From: Planctomycetota bacterium
GTDB taxonomy: Bacteria; Planctomycetota; UBA8108; UBA1146
DNA: 64,000 nt
Assembly: GCA_002711105.1 (NCBI GenBank)
Contig: PAIH01000044.1
Coordinates: 33,658-97,657, forward strand
Direction: 5' to 3'
Below are positions 17,801 to 26,800 of this stretch, one piece after another. Made by a program: the position numbers and the translations under genes. The notes beneath the pieces were generated by a model. That model was not told the origin of the DNA, searched no databases, and worked only from the letters and a program-made list of their open reading frames with translations. Positions within the stretch are counted from its first letter, which is position 1. Every line of letters starts with the position of its first letter.

Positions 17801-20800
17801 TTATCGACGGCAATCCGTGTAGAACTGGAGGCTCAAGATCCTCGACGGTCACCTGGAACGAACTATCAAAAGTGTTCCCGTGAGTATCGGTGGCGATATA
17901 GGTAACTGTCGTGCTTCCAAGGACAAAGAAACTGCTATTCTCGACATCTGATGTCAGGTTACCAACACCACAGTTGTCTGTAGCAGATGGTGAAATCCAC
18001 GAAACGTCTGTCCCGCAACTACCAGGATCATTGGAAACTACCATGTCAGCAGGCATTCCACTGATCTGAGGCGGCTCTTGATCACTAACCGTCACCATGA
18101 AAGCAACGGTTGTTATTAAATCGGCAGTGTCAGAAGCACTGTATGTGACAACAGTGTCTCCAATCGGGAACACGTCGCCAGGAACATGTGTAGACATGGT
18201 ATTGAAAACCGCACAGTTGTCAGTAAATGTAGGCAGTTCCCAGTCAACGATTGCAGTGCATTCGCCGATGTCCGTATTTGCCTCGATTATTTGAGGAAGA
18301 CCATCAATCTGGGGAACTTCTGTATCCAGTACGGTAACACTGAAAGTAACTTCAGCTGTATTTCCACTGGAATCAGTAGCTATGTAGGTGATCGAAGTTA
18401 CTCCGACCTCGAACAAATCTCCTGAAAGGTAGTTTGAATCCAAAATTTCCACTGTGCAGTTATCAGAAGCCACGGGTTCTTCCCACGAAACCAGAGCACC
18501 GCAAACGGACAGGTCATTTTCGACCGTGATGTCCAGGGGTGTCGAAGTTACAAGAGGAACTTCTGCATCCGTAACAGTTATGAAGAAGCTATGCGTGGAG
18601 ATATTACCGCTCAAGTCAGTAGCCAGTGTAGCCACTTCGGTGACTCCGACCGGGAACCGATCTCCACTGACATGGGTACTTTCGATCGATTCAACTCCAC
18701 AGTTATCAGTAGCAGATATCTCACTCCAGTCGACCGCGGCATCGCAAAGTCCAGCTTCACTGATCACCTGAATATCCGTCGGCGGGGCGATGAACTCGGG
18801 GAATTCAGAATCAACAACCGTCACATCGAAACCGGTGATTAAGATATTCCCGTTCACATCTATCGCGGTGTAAGTCACGGTAGTTACACCTGGGGTCATG
18901 AAAGTTCCGGAGGAGAAATCAGAGGTCAGGGATTCTACTCCGCAGTTGTCTACTGCAAATGGAAGATTCCATGTGACTAGCGACCCACAAATTCCTGGAT
19001 TGGTAACCGCGCCGAAATCAGTTGGTAGACCTATGATCGTCGGAATCTGTATGTCGGTCACCGTGACCAAGAAATCGAACTCTATCATATTCCCTGATGC
19101 ATCGATTGCCACCAAAGACACCACGGTATCACCAGAGGGGAAAACATCTCCGCTTGTATGGGTACTTGTGAAAGAAATCAATTCGCAATTGTCTTCTGCT
19201 AAAGGTGCATCCCATTCGGCGACCGCTGTGCACTCGTTGTTGGCCGTGTTCACAAGAACTCTATCAGGAATGTTCGAGATCACGGGCAACTCATCATCGA
19301 TCACTGTCACGGTGAATTCTGCAGTGTTCACAAGCCCTGCAGTATCTTCCGTTGTGTAGGTAACAGTAGTATTGCCGAGTTCAAACACATGCCCGGTCTG
19401 AATATCAGAACCGAGGCTCACGATCGAGCAGTTATCGGTAGCAGAAGGCTCTGGCCATTCAAATCCAGCAGAGCAAGTCCCTGGGAATATCGAGAGGACC
19501 ACGTCGACAGGCATGTCGTGAATCACTGGCACTTCTTCGTCCAGCACATCAACGGTGAAACTTGCCGTAGTGACATGACCTGCATTATCAGTAGCGGTGT
19601 ATGTAACCGTCGTCGATCCAACGATTAAGAAATCTCCAGGCTGCTGGGTACTTTCCACCGTAGAAATCTGACAATTATCGGTGACCGTTGGGGGTATCCA
19701 ATCGAATGTGGACCCACACTGTCCCGCTTGCGCAGAGAGCGAGACGTCAGCTGGCATATCAGCGATGGTCGGTGCTTCTGTATCCGTGACTGTTACTACG
19801 AATGAACTACTCGTCGAATTACCACTTGGATCCCCAACTGTGTAGGTCACCACGGTATTACCGACTTCAAACAATGTGCCACTCTGGATATCCGAGGAAA
19901 GCCCAACAATCTGACAGTTGTCAGCGGCTGTCGGCTCGACCCAATTGATGAGTGCTCCACAAACTCCTTCATCAGATTCTGTCGATATATTCTCCGGTAG
20001 ACCCAGAATCGAAGGGGCCTCATTATCGACGACAATCACGTTGAAGGTACTTATCGAGGTGTTTTCATTCACATCAGTAACGGTGATTTCGACCGTCGTG
20101 GTTCCTAGCTCAAAAAGATCACCAGGTTGGTGACTTGAGCTGTGCTCGAACACTCCGCAGTTATCACTGGATTCCTCTGAAACCCAGTTCACAACCGCAC
20201 TGCACAATCCAGGATCCGTATCGATCTGTATGTCGGCAGATACGCCAGAGATTTCTGGAAGTTCGTCATCGATCACGGTAACGACAAACTGCTGTTCGGT
20301 GATGTTTCCGGCCAGATCCTGAGCAGTGAATACCACTGTGGTTTCGCCGACAGGGAACAGATCGCCGGTGGTGTGAGTCTGTTGGAATACATCGACTTCG
20401 CAGTTATCAGTAACTTCAGGAGCGGACCATTCATGTGCTGCACCACAAACGCCTGAATCAGTCGAAAGTGTGACGTCTACTGGTACTGCATTGATCACTG
20501 GCTGTTCGTCATCCTCGACGAGGATCGTGAAACTAGCGCCAGTTTCATTCTCTGCCGTATCGATTGCTGTGTAGCTGACCGTTGTACTGCCGACATTGAA
20601 GAAGTCACCAGGCTGATGAGTACTCAATATCTGATCAACGGTGCAGTTATCGGTGATGGTTGGTGGTGTCCAATCAAAAGTGGACCCACATACACCTGAC
20701 TCGACGTTGAGCACAACATCGGAAGGCATATCAGAAATCACCGGAGCTTCATCTTCAGAAACGAAGATAAGGAAAGAATCCGAATGAGAATTGCCACTGG

Positions 20801-23800
20801 GGTCCTGCACGGAGTAGGTCACAACGGTAGGACCAACCTCGAAGAATGTCCCATTCGCAATGTCGGAGGTAAACTCAATCGCCTCGCAGTTATCGCTCGG
20901 GTTAGGTTCTGTCCAGGTAACTACCGCTCCGCATGAACCCAAATCGGTTCCGATGGTGAGGTCGTCTGGCATGTTGAGCAACTGTGGATTTTCATCATCT
21001 ATCACAGTAACTGTGAAGGATGCAGTGCTCACATTTCCGCTCGGATCAGTTACGCTGATCTCCACGGTAGTCAACCCAAGATCAAACGCGTCGCCGGGCA
21101 TTTTTGAAGAAACGTGTTCTTCTATCCAGCAATTGTCGCTAGAGGTTTCCTGGATCCAATCGACCACAGCTGTACAAAGACCCGGATCGGTAAAGACCTG
21201 GATATCTTCTGAGACGCCCGCTATCACCGGGAACTGATCATCAATCACGGTGACATTGAAAGTCTCTTCGTGAGTATTACCGCTGGTATCGGTGGCTACA
21301 TATCGAACTTCAGTCACACCCACAACAAAGTAAGTGTCCGAGGCGTAGTTGGAAGCCAAGATTTCCCCGGCGCAATTGTCTGACGTTGTCGGAGGAATCC
21401 ATGAAGCGACAGATTTGCATTCACCGACCTCGACAATTATCGTGATGTCTTCTGGAATGTCGAACAGCTGTGGATCTTCCATATCCGCAACCGTGACAGT
21501 GAACTGCTCTGTATGAGAATTCCCATGAATATCTACAGTATTTGCAGTAACCAGATACTCACCCTTGTCGAGGAAAGTACCATTTTCCAGGTCCAGATTT
21601 AGACTATCGACAGCGCAGTTATCAGTTGCGCTTGGCTCTTGCCAGCTGACAACAGCTCCGCAGATTCCTGGTTCCGTAGCCACCGTGAAATCTGTGGGAA
21701 CGCTACTGAATACAGGCGCCTCATCATCGGTAACGGTTACTGTAAAACTGGATTCCGCTGGATTCCCACTCGGATCAGATACCGAGTAAGTGACAACCGT
21801 TGATCCAACCTCAAAGAATGAACCGCTAGCAAGGTCTGGAGAGAGTGCAAGTTGCTGACAATTGTCAGTCGCTGTCGGCTCTGTCCACTCGGCAATGGCT
21901 CCGCAGATACCTTCTATTGCAGAAAGCGTGATGTCATCGGGAGTTCCTGCAATAACTGGAGATTCTTGATCAAGAACAACGATCGAGAAAGTGGCTGCAG
22001 ACTGATTGCCATGTATGTCAGAACCCTCAAGGAATACCGTACTGGTTCCCAGAGCAAAGACGTCTCCGGGTTGATGACTGATCGAGTAGTCCAGAAGCTC
22101 GCAGTTATCAGTGGGAACCGGAGGAACCCATTCAACTTGTGCAGTACAAGTTCCAGGATCACAACTCACGGTAATTACATCAGGTAATCCGTTGAAGACT
22201 GGGCCTTCCAGATCATTGACCGTGATCGTGAACTGATCGCTAACAACGTTTCCAGTTGGATCCTGAGCGGTGTAGATGACTGTTGTTTGGCCCAGAGGGA
22301 AAATATCACCAGGTTGATGATTGGAAACGAGCGCGTTGACCTCACAGTTATCGAACGTTTCCGGCAGATCCCAGAGGTGGGCTGCTCCGCAAACTCCGGG
22401 GTCATTTTCCAGTACCACATCTGCCGGCATGACCAAAATCTGTGGGCTTTCAAGATCAGCGACCTGGACCGTGAAACTATCTTCAGCTGACTGCCCTGCG
22501 TTATCTGTCACCAAATAGGTGACTGTCGTAAGTCCTTGAGGGAAGAAGTCGCCAGGCTGATGACTTGCAATGACTTCTGCAATCCCGCAGTTATCCAGGA
22601 AAGCCGGCACGTCCCAATCATGGCTCGAACCACATACACCAGGCTCAGCTCCTATGATGACATCCACGAGAACACCATCGATTGCGGGCCCTTGCGTATC
22701 GTCGATCGTGACAAGGAAGCTCTCTTCCTTGAGGTTACCACTCGTATCGGAAACAGAATAAGTCACAACGGTAGTTCCAACTTCGAAGAAGAAACCACTA
22801 GCGAAATTGGAACTGAGGCCAAGATCCTGGCAGTTGTCACTTGAGGTAGGTTCTTCCCACGTGGCTATTGCACCACAAAGAGAAGGCTCCGCTTCCAACG
22901 CGATATCTGCAGGCAAATCGCTGATCACAGGAAGTTCGGAATCCACAACCGTAACCGTGAAGCTGGCGGTTGCTATATTTCCACTGCCATCAATAGCGGT
23001 GTAAATCACTTCGGTAGAACCAACAGGGAATTCTGTCCCGCTGAGCTGACTCGTGTCCAGACTCAATATTCCAGAGCAATCACTCGCAGTAGGTTCAGTC
23101 CAGGTAGCTACTCCCAAACAGGATCCAGGACTGGAGTCGACCTGAACAACTGCTGGAAGATCTACGATTTGCGGTTGTTCCTGGTCCAGCACCGTAACCA
23201 CGAATGTATCAGTACTAGAATTCCCACTCGGGTCGATGGCGGTGTAGGTGACCAGGGTATCTCCGATGGAGAAAGGTCCACCATTCACAACGTCACTGGA
23301 AATTTCGTGAGAAACACAATCCGTTGCCGTGGGTTCGATCCAAGAAACAATAGCTTCACAGGATCCTTCTGGTGCAACGACCTCAAGATCTTGCGACATT
23401 TCCTGAATCACTGGAGCTTCCACATCTTCGACGGTAACAGCGAAACTCGCAGTGCCGATATTTCCACTCGTATCCTCAACGGTATATGTCACTACTGTGT
23501 TTCCGATCGCGAACGTCGATCCATTTGCGATGTCGGAGCTGAGCAGTAGTACCTGGCAATTATCGGTTGAAGTCGGGTCTTCCCAGACCACGGCCGCTGT
23601 ACAAATTCCAGTCTCATTGGCTACGCTAATATCAGCTGGCATGCCCAGAATCAGCGGAGCTTCAACGTCGATAACCAGTACCGTGAAATTAGCAGTCGAA
23701 ACGTTTCCGCTGCCATCGGTGGCGGTGTAAATCACTTCGGTAGAACCAACAGGGAATTCGGTCCCGTTCGGTTGGCTCGGGTCCAGACTCACTATCCCGG

Positions 23801-26800
23801 AGCAATCATTCGCAGTAGGTTCGGTCCAGGTTGCTACTCCAAGACAGGATCCCGGACTGGAGTCGACCTGAACAACTGTTGTGAGATCTACGATTTGCGG
23901 CTGTTCCTGGTCCAGCACCGAAATCGCAAAGGTCTCGGTTCTGATATTGCCACTCGGATCGGTGGCGGTGTAGGTGACCAGGGTTTCTCCAATGGCGAAA
24001 GAGCCACCATTCACGGCATCGCTGGAAATCTCGTAAGAGACGCAATCCGTAGCAGTGGGTTCCGTCCAGGAAACTAGAGTTTCGCAGAAACCTTCAGGTG
24101 CCACTGTCTCGATGTCCGCAGGCATCAGCGAGATCACAGGGGCTTCCACATCTTCAATGGTCACGGTGAAACTCGCCGTGCCATTATTGCCACTCGGATC
24201 TGAAACCGAATATGTCACCTGCGTAGTACCCAGTGGGAATATCGATCCACTGACTATGTCTGAAGACAGCTGCAGTGCCTGGCAATTATCAGAAGTGGTC
24301 GGCTGCTCCCAGGTCACTGTAGCACCGCAAACTGCAGGATCACTACCCTGAGTGATGTCAGCCGGCATACCCAGAATCATCGGGCTTTCATCGTCGATCA
24401 CCGTCACCGTAAAGGAATCGGAAACCGAATTCCCACTCAAATCAGTAACAACAATGTCGACGATTGTCGTGCCCAGTTCAAATACATCCTGTGGTTGCAT
24501 ACTCGAAGCGTGCTCGAGTATCCCGCAGTTGTCGCTAGAGGTTTCTTGAGCCCAGTCAACCGTGGCGGTACACAGACCAAAATCAGTACTGACCTGGAAG
24601 TCGGCAGGAACATCGTGGATCACGGGGAACTCTTCATCGAGTACCGTGACCGTGAAACTCTCTGTCTGAATGTTGCCTGTCGGATCTTGTGCCGTGTAGG
24701 CAATGTTGTTGACTCCGACCGGGAACGAATCTCCCGATTGAAAATTCGACATGAAAGAAAGAACTATGCAATTATCAGAAACCTCAGGGCTCACCCACTC
24801 ATGCTCGGCACTGCACGTTCCTGGATTTGCAACCAAAGTCATATCAGTAGGCAAGGCGGTGATAACTGGCAATTCGAGATCAACAACTGTGATCTCGAAG
24901 GATTCCGTAGAAACAAGTCCATTAGTATCACTGACGGTAAATGTCACAATCGTGGTTCCTACTTCGAATACGGAACCACTGGCATGATCTGATTCAATTT
25001 CAAGAGCTTGGCAATTGTCTGTTGCGGAAGGTTCATCCCAAATCACTGTAGCACCACACTGACCAGCTTCGTTCTGTACCAAACGGTCTTGCGGTAAAGA
25101 TGAAATCAGAGGAGCTTCTTCATCGAGAACTCGAACGATGAAACTAACAGCAGTTTCATTTTCATGGACATCTGTTGCTAGCAGAGTCACGACAGTATCT
25201 CCAACTTGGAATTCTTGCCCTGATTCGTGGCTCAAAATGGTGTCAGACATTCCACAGTTATCGGTAACGACTGGAGAATCCCAGGTGACGATAGAACTAC
25301 AAAGTCCTGCTGAGTTGGAACTCAACACTATTTCTTGAAGTCCGGTGAAAATCGGCCCTTCAGTATCTGTGACCGTGACCGAGAAGCTGGAAGAGTTTTC
25401 GTTACCAGCTGAATCGACCACGCTGTATGTCACCACGGTAGTTCCTACGGCGAAGAAAGATCCACTCGGTATATCTGAACCCAGTCCAGAAGCTGAACAG
25501 TTATCAGCATATATCGGTTCGGTCCAGGTAACGATCGCACCGCAAACACCTTCTTCAGTCGAGGTGGCTATATCGTCAGAAACACCAAAGACCTGTGGCA
25601 GTTCTTGATCTAAAACTCTGATGGTGAAACTAGCCGCTGTTTCATTACCGTGAATGTCTGTGGCCAGGAGATCGACCGCTGTATCCCCGAGGGCGAAAAT
25701 CTCTCCAGACTGATGACTGGAAGTAATTGTATCGACACCGCAATTGTCAGATACCTGCGGCTGATCCCAGCTCACGGTGGCTCCGCAAACCCCTGGGTCA
25801 CTATCAACAACAAGGAGATTTTGCAGCCCGACAAATTCAGGGTCCTCATCATCAGTAATCGAAATTGAGAAACTAGCTTCGCTCTCGTTTCCACTGGGAT
25901 CACTGACTGAGTAAGTAACTATGGTAGTTCCAACACTGTAGAAGGAACCATTCGGAATATCGGATCCAAAACCAACTATTTGACAGTTGTCAGTAGCAAC
26001 CGGTTCATCCCAGGTGATTGTTGCTCCGCATTGACCGGCGTCGATGCTTACTGCGATATTTGAAGGGACTCCAGAAAGCACAGGTTCCTGATCATCAAGG
26101 ACCGTTACCGTAAAGGAAGCAGACGCTTGATTACCATGTAAGTCCTCTGTGGAAATTTCTACGGTAGTGACTCCAGTTGTGAAGGAACTGCCAGATGCGT
26201 GAGTGATATCGAAGGTTGCAATTCCACAGTTGTCCTGTGAATCGGGGGCAATCCATTCAACAACAGTTGAACATTCATCTTGATCAGCAAAAATCACGGC
26301 GTTATCAGGGATCCGAATGATCTCAGGCGTTTCAGAATCTATCACCGTAATCAAAAATTGATCCGTGACTACGATTCCGGCCGAGTCCTCAACCGTGTAA
26401 CTAACCTCTGTAGTTCCAACCGAGAAAGAATCGCCTGGTTGGTGACTTGCTGCGAAGGAAACAACCTCACAGTTGTCGGAAGGAACCGGTTGAGTCCAAT
26501 CATTGGTGGCCGAGCATAGTCCAGCTTCCGCGGGGATCGTACGATCCGCCGGCATACCGTTTATTTTTGGATCCTCTTCATCATCTACGGTAATTTCGAT
26601 ACTGGCAATCGTGGTCTGACCTATCCCATCAAACACTACAAAATCGACGGTGGTGGTTCCAATCGGGAAGTACGCACCGGATTGATGTGAAACATCGAAA
26701 TCTGTGAGATTGCAATTATCCCAAGGGATCGGATCGTCCCATTCGACATTGGCACCACATTGCCCTTCGTCATTAGTTACGCTAATTGACAGTGGCATAT

